DNA from: a bacterium
GTDB lineage: Bacteria; UBA8248
Direction of reading: 5' to 3'
Length of the DNA: 64,000 nucleotides
NCBI GenBank assembly: GCA_965213625.1
Contig: CBDBZU010000004.1
Coordinates: forward strand, 3,552,001 to 3,616,000
The position numbers and the translations under genes are program-made. The notes under the pieces were generated by a model. That model saw only the letters and a program-made list of their open reading frames with translations. It did no database searches and was not told the origin of the DNA. Position 1 is the first letter of the stretch; each line of letters opens with the position of its first letter. Positions 38,241-48,436 of this stretch are shown here, in pieces.

Positions 38241-39965
38241 ATGAAAACGGACATCCTCATCCTGGGTTCTGGCGGGGCGGGCCTCTTGGCAGCACTCGCC
38301 GCGTACACCCGAAACCCCACGCTCGACATCACCGTGGCGGTCAAGGGTTTGTTCGGGAAAAGCGGCTGCACGCGCATGGTGCAGGGCGGCTACAACGTCG
38401 CTTTGGCTGAGACCGACTCGGTGGAAAACCACTTTCTCGACACCCTGAAGGGCGGGGCGTGGATTAACGATCAGGAACTCGCCTGGACGCTCGTGAGCCG
38501 CGCGCCCGGCTGCGTGGAGCGGCTCGAAACCGTGTGCGGGTGCTTTTTCGACCGAAACGAGGACGGCACCATCCACCAGAAAGCCTTCGCGGGCCAAAGC
38601 TTCGACAGAACGGTCCACAAGGGCGATCTGACGGGCATCGAACTCACCAACCGCGTCTCCGAACAACTCGTCAGGCGCGGGGTGGACGTTCTGGAAGAAA
38701 CGCGCGCGGTGGCGCTCCTGCCCGCCAGACGCGAGCCGGAGCGCGTCTCGGGCGCATTGTTGCTCGACATCCAGAGCGGCGAGTTCATCGCCGTGAACGC
38801 GAAATGCACGCTCCTCGCCACGGGCGGCGGCCCCACTCTTTATAAAATCTCAGCCTGCGCGCAGGAACTCGCCACCGACGGCATGGCAATCGCCTGGGAT
38901 GCGGGGGCCTCTTTTTGCGACATGGAGATGGTGCAGTTCCACCCCACGGGCATCCTGACGGGAGACGGCCTCCAGATAACCGGTACGCTCCTGGAAGAGG
39001 GCCTGCGCGGCGCGGGCGGACACCTCAAGAACGCGGCGGGCGAGCGCTACATGGAGCGCTACGACCCAGAGCGCATGGAACGCGCCACGCGCGACGTGGT
39101 ATCGCGCGCAGGCTACACGGAGATCATCGAGGGCCGGGGTACGGAGAGCGGCGGCGTGTTCATCGACGTGAGCCATCTGGGTAAACCCTTCGTGCGCAAG
39201 AACTTCAAGGGCATGGTGGAGCGCTGCGCCGACCTGGGCTACGACCTCGTGGGCGGTCCCGTGGAGGTGACCCCCACCGCGCACTACATGATGGGCGGCG
39301 TGAAGATAGACACCGCATGCCGCACGAATCTTCATGGGCTTTACGCCGCCGGCGAGGACGCGGGCGGCACGCACGGCGCGAACCGCCTGGGCGGAAACGG
39401 GGTGGCGAACGCCACGGTGTTCGGCGAAATTGCGGGCGAGGCGATGGCCGAAGAGGCGGCGGACTCTCCCCTCCTCCCATACGACGCGGATGCGCTCGCA
39501 AGCGCAGAAGAAAATACGCTGGATGCGCTGGGTAAAGGCGAATCCCCCTACCCTATCCGGGCGGAACTGAAAGATACGATGTGGAACAAGGTGGGTCTTA
39601 GAAGAAACGGAACCGACATCCAGAGCGGGGTCCGTATCCTTCACGATTTGAGGAGACGCGCGGCAGACGCCCGCGCCGAAGGCCCTCGCGGCTACAACCT
39701 CGCCTGGCAGCACACGCTCGACGTGAGAAACCAAGTCTGCGTCGCGGAACTCATCGCCTTCTCGGCGCTCGAGCGCGACGAGAGCCGGGGCAGCCACTAC
39801 CGGGACGATTGCCCCCATACGGGGGATGAGGACCTCTACAACGTCTATATCAAGCGGGAGGGTGAGGCTGCTGTCATCGAGCGCACACCCGTCGCGTTCA
39901 GCCGCCTGCATCCGAAGGCGGAGCCGGCAGCGCAGTTGGAGCCCGACCCCAATTTCATCGATTGA
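38241..39965 (+). CDS. Succinate dehydrogenase/fumarate reductase-like flavoprotein
   Basis: GSGGAG, QFHPT, RDVVSR, HYMMGG, HGANRLGGN, ESRGSHYR. Confidence 0.9.
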   Translation: MKTDILILGSGGAGLLAALAAYTRNPTLDITVAVKGLFGKSGCTRMVQGGYNVALAETDSVENHFLDTLKGGAWINDQELAWTLVSRAPGCVERLETVCGCFFDRNEDGTIHQKAFAGQSFDRTVHKGDLTGIELTNRVSEQLVRRGVDVLEETRAVALLPARREPERVSGALLLDIQSGEFIAVNAKCTLLATGGGPTLYKISACAQELATDGMAIAWDAGASFCDMEMVQFHPTGILTGDGLQITGTLLEEGLRGAGGHLKNAAGERYMERYDPERMERATRDVVSRAGYTEIIEGRGTESGGVFIDVSHLGKPFVRKNFKGMVERCADLGYDLVGGPVEVTPTAHYMMGGVKIDTACRTNLHGLYAAGEDAGGTHGANRLGGNGVANATVFGEIAGEAMAEEAADSPLLPYDADALASAEENTLDALGKGESPYPIRAELKDTMWNKVGLRRNGTDIQSGVRILHDLRRRAADARAEGPRGYNLAWQHTLDVRNQVCVAELIAFSALERDESRGSHYRDDCPHTGDEDLYNVYIKREGEAAVIERTPVAFSRLHPKAEPAAQLEPDPNFID

Positions 39966-39990
39966 CACAGAAGCGGAGCGAAGAGAAAAG

Positions 39991-40341
39991 ATGACGAGCG
40001 TGAAAGACCCCGTGCCCAACAAGCCACCCGTATGGAAGATCAGCGCCTGGCGCTCGATGTATCCGGGCATGTGGTCCTGGGTGCTGCAAAGACTCTCGGC
40101 CCTTGCGCTCATCGTCCTGTTCCCGATCCACGTGATGAACCCCTACATCGACTCGGTGCGAATCACCATGCTGCTGCTGGTCGTCTGGCATTCCATGCAC
40201 GGCATAAAAGTGATTCTGACCGATTTCGGCTTTCCGGACCGCCACCAGCGAAAACTCCTGTGGGTGCTGAGCGTGGTAGGCGTGGCCGCGTTTTTCTGGC
40301 TGGCCTTCATGCACAAGGAATACTGGAGATTCATGTCGTGA
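39991..40341 (+). CDS. SdhC-like cytochrome b membrane anchor
   Basis: WSWVLQRLSA, three TM segments, HSMHGIKVILTD. Confidence 0.8.
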   Translation: MTSVKDPVPNKPPVWKISAWRSMYPGMWSWVLQRLSALALIVLFPIHVMNPYIDSVRITMLLLVVWHSMHGIKVILTDFGFPDRHQRKLLWVLSVVGVAAFFWLAFMHKEYWRFMS

Positions 40342-41189
40342 ACGAAGACGCCCGATTGAGCGAAGGAGCGCCGGAAGCAGGGGCGCCCGAAGAGCCTACT
40401 CCAGAGAAAGAGGCGCAAGAGCCGGAAGCGCCAAAGCCCCCGAGCGTGCGCGTCAGAATCCGCCGCGGCGGCGCTGCGGGCGATCCGGATGAGCGCTTCG
40501 ATACTTACGAGGTCGAGACCGGCCCGCGCATGACGGTCCTGGACGCGCTGGTCGCCGTCCAGAGCGCACAGGAACCCACGCTTTCGTTCCGCTACTCCTG
40601 CCGGGTGGGTATGTGCGGCACCTGCGCATTGAAAGTCAACGGCCGCCCCGCCTGGGCGTGCCGGACGCGGCTCGAAGGCCTTGGCGATGAAATCACGCTC
40701 GAGCCGCTCGCCAACTTCCCGGTTCTGAGCGATCTGGCGGTCGACATGTCGCCATTCTTCGAAAAGATGAAACGCGCGCGCGGCTGGCTCGAACCCACAA
40801 GCCTGGCGGAGAAGGCCCCCGCGCTCATCGCGCCCAATTCTCGCGAGCGCAAGCGCATCGAGCCGCACATCGAGTGCATCACGTGCGGAATCTGCTATGC
40901 TTCCTGCTCTATTGTAGGGCATGATAGCGATTACCTGGGGCCTGCGGCGCTGAACCGCGCCTACACGCTCGTGAACGACAGCCGCGACGCCTTAGGACTG
41001 GAGAGGCTTCTTGAGGTTTGCACCGAGGACGGCGCCTGGCGCTGCCACTCGCAATACAACTGCACGGAGAGTTGCCCCAAGGGCATCAGCCCCACGGGCG
41101 CCATCAAGGGACTCAAGCGACGCGCCGTAACGGGCGGCGTCAGACAATTCGCCGCATCCATCTTCCGGGGCCGCGCGCCCGGCGCATGA
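40338..41189 (+). CDS. Sdh/Frd iron-sulfur subunit
   Basis: SCRVGMCGTC, CITCGICYASC, CHSQYNCTESCP. Confidence 0.92.
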   Translation: MNEDARLSEGAPEAGAPEEPTPEKEAQEPEAPKPPSVRVRIRRGGAAGDPDERFDTYEVETGPRMTVLDALVAVQSAQEPTLSFRYSCRVGMCGTCALKVNGRPAWACRTRLEGLGDEITLEPLANFPVLSDLAVDMSPFFEKMKRARGWLEPTSLAEKAPALIAPNSRERKRIEPHIECITCGICYASCSIVGHDSDYLGPAALNRAYTLVNDSRDALGLERLLEVCTEDGAWRCHSQYNCTESCPKGISPTGAIKGLKRRAVTGGVRQFAASIFRGRAPGA

Positions 41190-41208
41190 GAGCGGGGAGG
41201 ACACCAAA

Positions 41209-42159
41209 ATGCCGACTGTGGATACACAAGCCATCAGCAGCGAACTCATCCGGGAAGTGGCCTTCGAACTCAACCGCCGCGCCGCCATCGGAATACCAAA
41301 AGACGTGGGCGATACCATCGCCGACATGGCCGAGCGCGAGACCCAGAAACTCTCGAAGTTCGTGCTTCTCGAGATCGTCAACAACTACAAGGTCGCCGTG
41401 GACGAGCAGCGCCCCATGTGCGCCGATACGGGCCTCCCGCGCTTCTATGCGAAAATCGGGAACGACGCCGCTATCGAGGGCGGCTTCGTGGCGCTCGAGC
41501 GCTCGGTCCGTCAGGGAACGGCGGACGCCACCGAGCGCGTGCCCCTGCGCCCGAACCGCGTGCACCCCATCACCCGGCACGACTACAACAACAACGTGGG
41601 GATACACGCCCCCACGGTGGACTACTCCTGGGAGCCGGACGTCGACTGGATAGAACTCACGAGCTTCCACAAGGGGGGCCTCTTCGGCGGGGACTACCGG
41701 ATGCTCTTCCCCACCGACGGCATCGACGGCATCAAGCGCTTCTTTCTCGACGTGATCAGCGAGTTCTTCAAGCGCGGCCTCTCGTGCCAGCCCGCCATCG
41801 TCGGAATCGGCATCGGCGGCACCAAGGACACCTGCGTGCGCCTCGCCAAGGAGGCGGCCTGCCTGCGCGTGGTGGGGGACAGGAACCCGGATCCCGAAAT
41901 CGGGAAACTCGAAGAAGAGCTGAACGAACTCGGCCGGAGGACCAGCCTCGGCCCCATGGGCTTCAAGGGCGAGGGCGCGGTGATGGACACCCACATCGAG
42001 GTGGCCTACACCCACACCGGCGGGATGCCCATATCGATCCACCACCAGTGCTTCGCGCTCAGGCGCGCCACCGCGCGAATCCACACCGACGGCCAGGTGG
42101 AATACCGCGAAAACCCCGACTGGTTCACCGACTACTACCGCCGCGACAGCATCGCGTAA
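41209..42159 (+). CDS. Fe-S hydro-lyase alpha subunit (fumarate hydratase/tartrate dehydratase type)
   Basis: PMCADTG, PLRPN, CQPAIVGIGIGG, LGPMGFKG, QCFALRR. Confidence 0.9.
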   Translation: MPTVDTQAISSELIREVAFELNRRAAIGIPKDVGDTIADMAERETQKLSKFVLLEIVNNYKVAVDEQRPMCADTGLPRFYAKIGNDAAIEGGFVALERSVRQGTADATERVPLRPNRVHPITRHDYNNNVGIHAPTVDYSWEPDVDWIELTSFHKGGLFGGDYRMLFPTDGIDGIKRFFLDVISEFFKRGLSCQPAIVGIGIGGTKDTCVRLAKEAACLRVVGDRNPDPEIGKLEEELNELGRRTSLGPMGFKGEGAVMDTHIEVAYTHTGGMPISIHHQCFALRRATARIHTDGQVEYRENPDWFTDYYRRDSIA

Positions 42160-42180
42160 GCGGCCCGGGAGAATTTTGAC

Positions 42181-42864
42181 ATGAGCGGCACCGCAGACCT
42201 GGAAATGAAGGAGCACCACCTCACGACGCCGACCACGCCGGAAGACCTGGCGAAACTGGAACTGGGCGACGTCGTCTATTTCGACGGCGTGATATTCACG
42301 GGCAGAATCGGCCTCTACAAGAAACTTTTTGACGAAAAAGCGCCCCCGCCGGTGGACATCGCCTCGCTCACGAACGTGACGTTCCACTGCTCGCCCGCCG
42401 TGGGTCGAAACGAAGCGGGCGATTGGGAGGTGGCCGCCGTCACGGCCACGGCGAGCTTTCGCTTCGAGAAACACCTGCCCCTCCTGATGGACGAGCACGA
42501 GATACGCTGTGTCATCGGCAAGGGCGGCATGGCGCAGGAATTCTATGAGAAACACTTCAAGCGGCTGGGCGCGGTGTTCCTGAACACGGTGGGCTACGGC
42601 ATCGGCGCGCAGTACGGGCGCGGCATCACAGGGGTCAAGGACGTCTACTGGCTCGACGAACTCGGCATCGCCCAGGCGATGTGGGTGTTCGAGGTAAAAA
42701 ATTTCGGGCCCTTCCTCGTGGAATGCGACGCCCGCGGGAACAGCCTCTACCAGATGGCGCTCGCCGAGACGAACGTGGAGCTGGGCAAGCTCTACGAGGG
42801 ACTGCCGCTTCCCACGCTCAAGCGCATGGGCGAGGTACACAATCCGGAAGATGAGGTTTTCTAG
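42181..42864 (+). CDS. Fe-S hydro-lyase beta subunit
   Basis: LGDVVYFDGVIFTGR, HCSP, IGKGGM, FGPFLVECDARGN. Confidence 0.9.
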   Translation: MSGTADLEMKEHHLTTPTTPEDLAKLELGDVVYFDGVIFTGRIGLYKKLFDEKAPPPVDIASLTNVTFHCSPAVGRNEAGDWEVAAVTATASFRFEKHLPLLMDEHEIRCVIGKGGMAQEFYEKHFKRLGAVFLNTVGYGIGAQYGRGITGVKDVYWLDELGIAQAMWVFEVKNFGPFLVECDARGNSLYQMALAETNVELGKLYEGLPLPTLKRMGEVHNPEDEVF

Positions 42865-42904
42865 CAAAACCCCCGGAAATTCGAACAGAATTACCGACGA
42901 AAGG

Positions 42905-43918
42905 ATGAATATGTCGAAAGGAATCGCTTGGGTCACCACCAGTTGGCTGAGCGGCTTAGAAGACCCGATGCGCCACTTCAAGCGGCTCGAAACCGAGGCG
43001 GGCCTCGAAGTCAGAATCGAATCGAACGGCGTGGACAGGACCGAAGAAGAACTGGTCGCCTCGCTTCCCGGCGTGGTCGTCACCTTCCCGAGCAACGACC
43101 CCTACAACGAGCGCACCCTGGCGGCGGGGACGCACCTGAAGCACATCGCCAGAACGGGGGTGGGCTTCAACTCCGTCGACCTGGACGCCGCCACGCGCCA
43201 CGGCGTGGTCGTCACCAACGCGCCGGGCCAGAACTCGGATTCCGTGGCCGAACACGCGATCGGCCTCATGCTGTGCATCGCGAGGAACATCGCTCTCTCC
43301 GACAAGAAGATGCGGGCGGGCGAGTGGGCGGACCTGCGGGTTCCCATTTCGCCGCTTAGAGGCAAGACGCTGGGCATCATCGGTCTGGGGAACATCGGCA
43401 AGCGCGTGGCGAGGCGCGCCGTAGCCTTCGGCATGGAGGTCATCGCGAACGACATTGTGCGCGATGAGCGCTTCGCCGCCGAGGTGGGCGTTTTCTTCGA
43501 GTCGCGCGAGGAGGTGACGCGCCGGGCCGATTTCATCACCTGCCATGTGCCCCTGAACGATGGGACGCGCGGCATGGTGGACGAGAAATTCCTGACCTCC
43601 ATGAAGCCGGGCGCCTACCTCATCAACACCTCACGCGGTCCCGTGGTGGATCTGGACGCAGCGGCCACGGCTTTGGAGCGCGGCATCATCCAGGGCGCTG
43701 CGCTGGACGTTTTCCCGAACGAGCCTGCGGATCACCGCCACCGCATCTTCTCGCTCGACAACGTCATCTTCACCCCGCACATCGCGGGCCTGGGCGAGGA
43801 TGCGTGTGAGCAATCGCTCGAGTTCGCCGTCACCGCAGCGCTCGACGTCATCGCCGGGAGGCATCCGGCGGGCCTGCTGAACCCCGAGGTGCTGGAAAAA
43901 GCGGACATCAAAGACTAA
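42905..43918 (+). CDS. D-2-hydroxyacid dehydrogenase (SerA-like)
   Basis: GVGFNSVD, VAEH, GIIGLGNIG, INTSRG, ALDVF, TPHIAG. Confidence 0.9.
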   Translation: MNMSKGIAWVTTSWLSGLEDPMRHFKRLETEAGLEVRIESNGVDRTEEELVASLPGVVVTFPSNDPYNERTLAAGTHLKHIARTGVGFNSVDLDAATRHGVVVTNAPGQNSDSVAEHAIGLMLCIARNIALSDKKMRAGEWADLRVPISPLRGKTLGIIGLGNIGKRVARRAVAFGMEVIANDIVRDERFAAEVGVFFESREEVTRRADFITCHVPLNDGTRGMVDEKFLTSMKPGAYLINTSRGPVVDLDAAATALERGIIQGAALDVFPNEPADHRHRIFSLDNVIFTPHIAGLGEDACEQSLEFAVTAALDVIAGRHPAGLLNPEVLEKADIKD

Positions 43919-43990
43919 AGTAATAATCGCCTTATCTCCGGGCGCCGCCCCGGAATGCTTCAAGATAGCCGCCGACACGAGGAATAATCC

Positions 43991-45391
43991 ATGCGGAAAA
44001 CAACCAAGCTGCACGCGCTGCTGATCGGCGCCTGCCTCCTCCTTCTCTTTGTCGGAGGAGCCAACGCCGCCGACACAAAGACGGAGACCGCCCCTCTGCG
44101 CGTTCCCTGGAACGTGACGGAACACAAGATGAAGAACGGCATGCGCGCCCTGCTGCTGCCAGACAACAGCGCGCCCATGGTGGTCATGAAGGTCTGGTAC
44201 GCCGTCGGCAGCCGGGATGAGCAGCCCGGCCTCACGGGCATCGCGCATTATCTCGAACACATGATGTTTCGGGGCACGAAGAATTACGGCCCCAAGGAAT
44301 TCGACAAGATCATCAAGAAAAACGGCGGCTCCCACAACGCGTTCACCAGCTTCGACTACACCGCGTACTACGAGCGCATCGCCTCGGACAGGCTGGAGCT
44401 GATCATCGAGCTGGAAGCCGACCGCATGGTGAACCTGAAGCTCGAGAAGGCGGCCTTCGACGCGGAGAAGAACGTGGTGCACGAGGAGAGGCGCACCCGT
44501 TACGACAGGCCGGTGGGCAAGTTCTGGGAGCAGCTTCGCGCCGTCGCCTACACGAACCACCCCTACAAGAACCCGATCATCGGCTGGCCCGAAGATATAG
44601 ACGCCATCAACATCAAGGACATGGAGGCCTTCTACAAGCGCTACTACAGCCCCGAGAACGCCGTCGCCGTCCTGGTGGGCGATTTCAAGGTGGAAGATGC
44701 CATCGCGCTGCTCGAAAAACATTTTGGGAAAATCCCGAAATCCCCGACCTTCCGGAAAAGGCCCGCGCTCGCCGAGTTCCCCCAGAAATCGGAACGCAGG
44801 GTGTACGTGCGCGCCGATGCGCAGCTTCCCTACGTGGCCATCGGCTATCACGCCCCCAACTGGAAGAGCAAGGACGCGCCCGCCCTCGTGATGCTGGAAG
44901 CCATCCTGGGCGGTGGAGAAACCTCGCGCTTGCACCAGAGGCTGGTGCGCACGGACACGCTCGCGCTGGGCGCGGGCTCGGATTACACCTACACCTCGGT
45001 GGATCCGATGATCTTCTATCTCTACGCGCGGGTGGCACCCGGCAAGAAAGCCGCCGATGCGGAGAAGGCGCTTCTCGAAGAGGTGGAAAAACTCATCGAA
45101 AAAGGCGTGGGCGAAGAGGAGTTCCGCCGCGCGCTCAGGAGTATCGAGGCGAATACGGTTTTCGCCATGGACTCGCACTACTACCGCGCGAGGCTCCTCG
45201 GCTCGGCGGCAATCGCAGGCGACTGGCGCCTCCTCGAAGGCTACCTGCCCGCCCTCAGGAAGGTGACGCCCGCCGACGTGGTGCGCGTCGCCAGGAAATA
45301 CCTGAACCACAAGAACAAGACCACCGCCGAACTCATACCGACAAAGAAAAAACGCAGCGCGAAAGCCGCCAAAAACCGGGGAGGAAGTTAG
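43991..45391 (+). CDS. M16 zinc peptidase, catalytic subunit, exported
   Basis: Signal peptide; HYLEH (HxxEH), NAFTS, EERR. Confidence 0.92.
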   Translation: MRKTTKLHALLIGACLLLLFVGGANAADTKTETAPLRVPWNVTEHKMKNGMRALLLPDNSAPMVVMKVWYAVGSRDEQPGLTGIAHYLEHMMFRGTKNYGPKEFDKIIKKNGGSHNAFTSFDYTAYYERIASDRLELIIELEADRMVNLKLEKAAFDAEKNVVHEERRTRYDRPVGKFWEQLRAVAYTNHPYKNPIIGWPEDIDAINIKDMEAFYKRYYSPENAVAVLVGDFKVEDAIALLEKHFGKIPKSPTFRKRPALAEFPQKSERRVYVRADAQLPYVAIGYHAPNWKSKDAPALVMLEAILGGGETSRLHQRLVRTDTLALGAGSDYTYTSVDPMIFYLYARVAPGKKAADAEKALLEEVEKLIEKGVGEEEFRRALRSIEANTVFAMDSHYYRARLLGSAAIAGDWRLLEGYLPALRKVTPADVVRVARKYLNHKNKTTAELIPTKKKRSAKAAKNRGGS

Positions 45392-45392
45392 C

Positions 45393-46724
45393 ATGAGGCT
45401 CCACCGCATACTCTGGACACTGGCCGCTACGGTCTTTCTGCTGCCCGCTCTCGCAAGTGCGGACGTCATCACTTATGAGCGCGAGGAGTTGCCCGGCGGC
45501 GCCGTATTGCTCGTCAAGCAAAGCAGGCAACTGCCCATGGTGCGGGTCGCCGTCTCGATTCCGGCTGGCGCGCGCCATGAAGCACCCGAGCGCGCGGGAC
45601 TCGCGAACCTGACCGCAACCCTCCTCACACGGGGGACGAAAACGAGAAGCGCTTCGGACATCGAGAAGACGAACGACTCCCTGGGCGGCGGCGTGGGCAT
45701 GGAGGTCGGCCGCTCTCGTGCAGAAGCCTCCATGCGCGTACTCACGCGGGATCTGGAAGAGGGGCTCTCCCTGCTGGGTGACGTACTCAGAAATCCCGTC
45801 TTCCCGGCAGAGGAGATCGGCAAGACGAAGCGGCGCATCGTGGGCGGCATGCGCAGGCAGCGCGAGCGCCCCGGCCACCTGGCGAACAAGGCGCTCAGGA
45901 AGAGCCTATTCGGCGAAACGCCCTATGGCCGCCTGGTCGAGGGAACGGAGGCGTCGATCAAGAAACTGGGGAGGGAGGACCTCGTCCGCTTCCACAAGAA
46001 ATGGTACGGCATGAAGGGGGCGATTTTCGTCTTCGTGGGCGACGTTTCACTCAAGCGCGCGCGAGAACTCGTTCTGGCTCGCTTCAAAGGCTGGCACGCG
46101 GAGGGAGGGGAAATCCCCGAGCCGGCGCCGCCCGGGACGCCTAAGAAAATGCAGGTGGTCAAAATCGACCGCTCCCTCTCCCAGTCCACGGTGATACTGG
46201 GCAACCGCTCGCTCAAGCGCACGCATCCCGATTTCTACGCCGCGCGCGTGATGAACTACATCCTGGGCGGGGGCGGGTTTTCCAGCAGGATCATGAACAA
46301 CCTCAGAGAAGAAAAGGGCCTCGTCTACAGCGTCTACAGCTATTTCGCGGCAGGGCGTCACGCGGGCCACTGGCGGCTCATCCTGCAGACGAAAAACAAG
46401 AGTGCGAACGAGGCCATTAAAGAGGCGATCGCGGAGGTAGAGCGCATCAAGGAAAAAGGAGTAAGCGACAAGGAGCTTCAAGACGCCAAGGATTTCATTA
46501 CCGGGAACTTCGCCACGCGCTTCGGCTCTTCGGGCCGCATCGCGGACTACATCCTCGCGGTGGAGATTCTGGGCTTCACGCCGGGCTACGCGGATGAATA
46601 CCTGAAGAAAATACGCGCCGTCACGAAGGCGCAAATACTCGCGGCCGCTCGTAAACACATCAAGCTCGACCAATCCACCCTCGCGGTGGTGGGGAAACTG
46701 AGCGAGGCGAAGCTGGCCTATTGA
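45393..46724 (+). CDS. M16 peptidase non-catalytic partner subunit
   Basis: GLANLTATLLTRGT (no HxxEH), LGGGGFSSR, REEKGLVY. Confidence 0.9.
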   Translation: MRLHRILWTLAATVFLLPALASADVITYEREELPGGAVLLVKQSRQLPMVRVAVSIPAGARHEAPERAGLANLTATLLTRGTKTRSASDIEKTNDSLGGGVGMEVGRSRAEASMRVLTRDLEEGLSLLGDVLRNPVFPAEEIGKTKRRIVGGMRRQRERPGHLANKALRKSLFGETPYGRLVEGTEASIKKLGREDLVRFHKKWYGMKGAIFVFVGDVSLKRARELVLARFKGWHAEGGEIPEPAPPGTPKKMQVVKIDRSLSQSTVILGNRSLKRTHPDFYAARVMNYILGGGGFSSRIMNNLREEKGLVYSVYSYFAAGRHAGHWRLILQTKNKSANEAIKEAIAEVERIKEKGVSDKELQDAKDFITGNFATRFGSSGRIADYILAVEILGFTPGYADEYLKKIRAVTKAQILAAARKHIKLDQSTLAVVGKLSEAKLAY

Positions 46725-46758
46725 GGCTTGCCGATAAATTTGGGGGAACCAAGAGAAG

Positions 46759-47154
46759 ATGAAGCGCGAAACGGTAACGCCGGAGGCGCTGGCCGCGCCC
46801 GCCGGGCATTTCTCGCACGGGGTCATCGCAGACAGCGGACGCACGCTCTACGTGGCGGGCCAGACGCCGCTCGATGAGGATGGCAACCTCGTCTGCCCGG
46901 GCGACCCGGAGGGACAGGCGCGCCAGTGCTACATGAACATCCAGAAGGTGGTGGAGGCGGCCGGCGGGCGCATGGCGGATACGGCCAAGATTCAGGTCTT
47001 CGTGACGAGTCTCGACTACCGGGCCGCCGTCGGCAAGGTGCGGGCCGAGTTCTTCCCCGACGAACCGCCGGTGAGCACGTTCCTGGTGATATCGAGCCTG
47101 GCCGAGCCCGATTTTCTGGTCGAAGTCGAGGCCATCGTTCCCCTGCCCGAATAA
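46759..47154 (+). CDS. RidA/YjgF family protein
   Basis: FSHG, YVAGQ, PVST, LVEVEAI. Confidence 0.9.
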   Translation: MKRETVTPEALAAPAGHFSHGVIADSGRTLYVAGQTPLDEDGNLVCPGDPEGQARQCYMNIQKVVEAAGGRMADTAKIQVFVTSLDYRAAVGKVRAEFFPDEPPVSTFLVISSLAEPDFLVEVEAIVPLPE

Positions 47155-47166
47155 GAGAGCGAGACG

Positions 47167-47559
47167 GTGAGCGGAAAAACCACTCTGCGCTGGACGCTTG
47201 CGCTCGTTTACATGGCGGGGATTCACCTCTGGACGGCGACGGGCGGGCGCAATCCCTCATCCACACTGCCGTTCGGGGTGGACAAAATCGTGCACCTCTG
47301 CGAATTTGGGCTTCTCGCCTGGCTGCTCTGGCGGCCCTGGCGGGAGACTTATCCCCGGTGGGCCGAGGGGAGAACCGCCGCCTTCGTCCTGCTCCTGACG
47401 GCGCTGAACGGCCTTGGCGATGAATTACACCAGCTTTATCTCCCCCACCGGAACGCGACATGGGGAGACTGGGCGGCGGATATCGCGGGGGGCGGGGCCG
47501 CCGTTTTGTGGTGTCTGCACCGAGAGAAGGCCAGGCCCCGCGCTACGACGCAGGGATAG
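47167..47559 (+). CDS. VanZ family membrane protein
   Basis: DKIVH, DELHQLYLPHR, DWAAD. Confidence 0.85.
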   Translation: MSGKTTLRWTLALVYMAGIHLWTATGGRNPSSTLPFGVDKIVHLCEFGLLAWLLWRPWRETYPRWAEGRTAAFVLLLTALNGLGDELHQLYLPHRNATWGDWAADIAGGGAAVLWCLHREKARPRATTQG

Positions 47560-47570
47560 GAGAATACACA

Positions 47571-48020
47571 TTGTCCAGCATACGGGACGCACTCACCGAA
47601 GACATGAAGGCCGCCATGCGCGCCAAGGAGACGCTCAGGCTCTCCACCATCCGGATGGTGCGCGCCGAGATTTTGAACAAGGACAAGGAAGACGGTGAAG
47701 AAACTTCACAAAAAGATATTCTCAAACTACTCCAAAGTATGGTAAAGAAACGGGAGGAAGCCGCAGAGCAGTACGCAGCCGCCGACCGCGAGGATATGGC
47801 CCGGCAGGAACGCGATGAGATTCGGATCATCCAGGGCTATCTACCCTCGCAGATGGAGGATGCGGAAGTCGAAGCCGCCGCCCGGGCGGCCATCGAGGAA
47901 ACAGGGGCCTCTTCGATGAAAGACATGGGCAAGGTAATGGGAATTCTCACACGTGAACTGGCCGGGCGCGCCACAGGCGCCCGGGTTTCCCAGGCGGTCC
48001 GGAAACTCCTGGGCACTTAG
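47571..48020 (+). CDS. GatB/YqeY domain protein (TTG start)
   Basis: DMKAAMRAKE, KKREEA, YLPSQM, MKDMGKVMG; RBS aggaga. Confidence 0.9.
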   Translation: MSSIRDALTEDMKAAMRAKETLRLSTIRMVRAEILNKDKEDGEETSQKDILKLLQSMVKKREEAAEQYAAADREDMARQERDEIRIIQGYLPSQMEDAEVEAAARAAIEETGASSMKDMGKVMGILTRELAGRATGARVSQAVRKLLGT

Positions 48021-48040
48021 GGTAAGAAGGAGGTCTCCAA

Positions 48041-48436
48041 ATGAAGAAGCCGACCTACCGCTTAGAAGACGTCGCCACAGCGTACCAATGCGAACCTGAG
48101 CAGGAGGAGATCATTTCCGCTCTGGCCGAGCGCGACTACCGCGTATTCGAGGTCGAGCAGCCCGCCGGAGCCTTCGTGCCCTACCACACGCACGATGAAG
48201 AAGAAGCCGTGATCGTCATCGAGGGCCAGATGCAGTTCAACGTGGAGGAAGAGCTCGTCCTCGTTCAGCAGGGCGAGGTGATCACCATCCGCGAGGAGGC
48301 GATCCACAGCGCAGCCCAGATTGGAGAGGAGAAGGCCAAGCTCCTGCTCGCCTTCCCGAACGACGGTAACGATCCGCCAGTCATCGACCTCGACTGGGAG
48401 GGCGATGAGGAGGACGACAACCTCGGCTACGCCTGA
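48041..48436 (+). CDS. Cupin domain protein
   Basis: PYHTHDEEE, G..IHS; strong RBS. Confidence 0.82.
   Translation: MKKPTYRLEDVATAYQCEPEQEEIISALAERDYRVFEVEQPAGAFVPYHTHDEEEAVIVIEGQMQFNVEEELVLVQQGEVITIREEAIHSAAQIGEEKAKLLLAFPNDGNDPPVIDLDWEGDEEDDNLGYA

Noticed and set aside
41140-45472. Long minus-strand ORFs (651 aa, 613 aa) and similar ones at 20890-23034 and 28860-30248
   Set aside because: Antisense to well-supported genes; typical of high-GC codon bias
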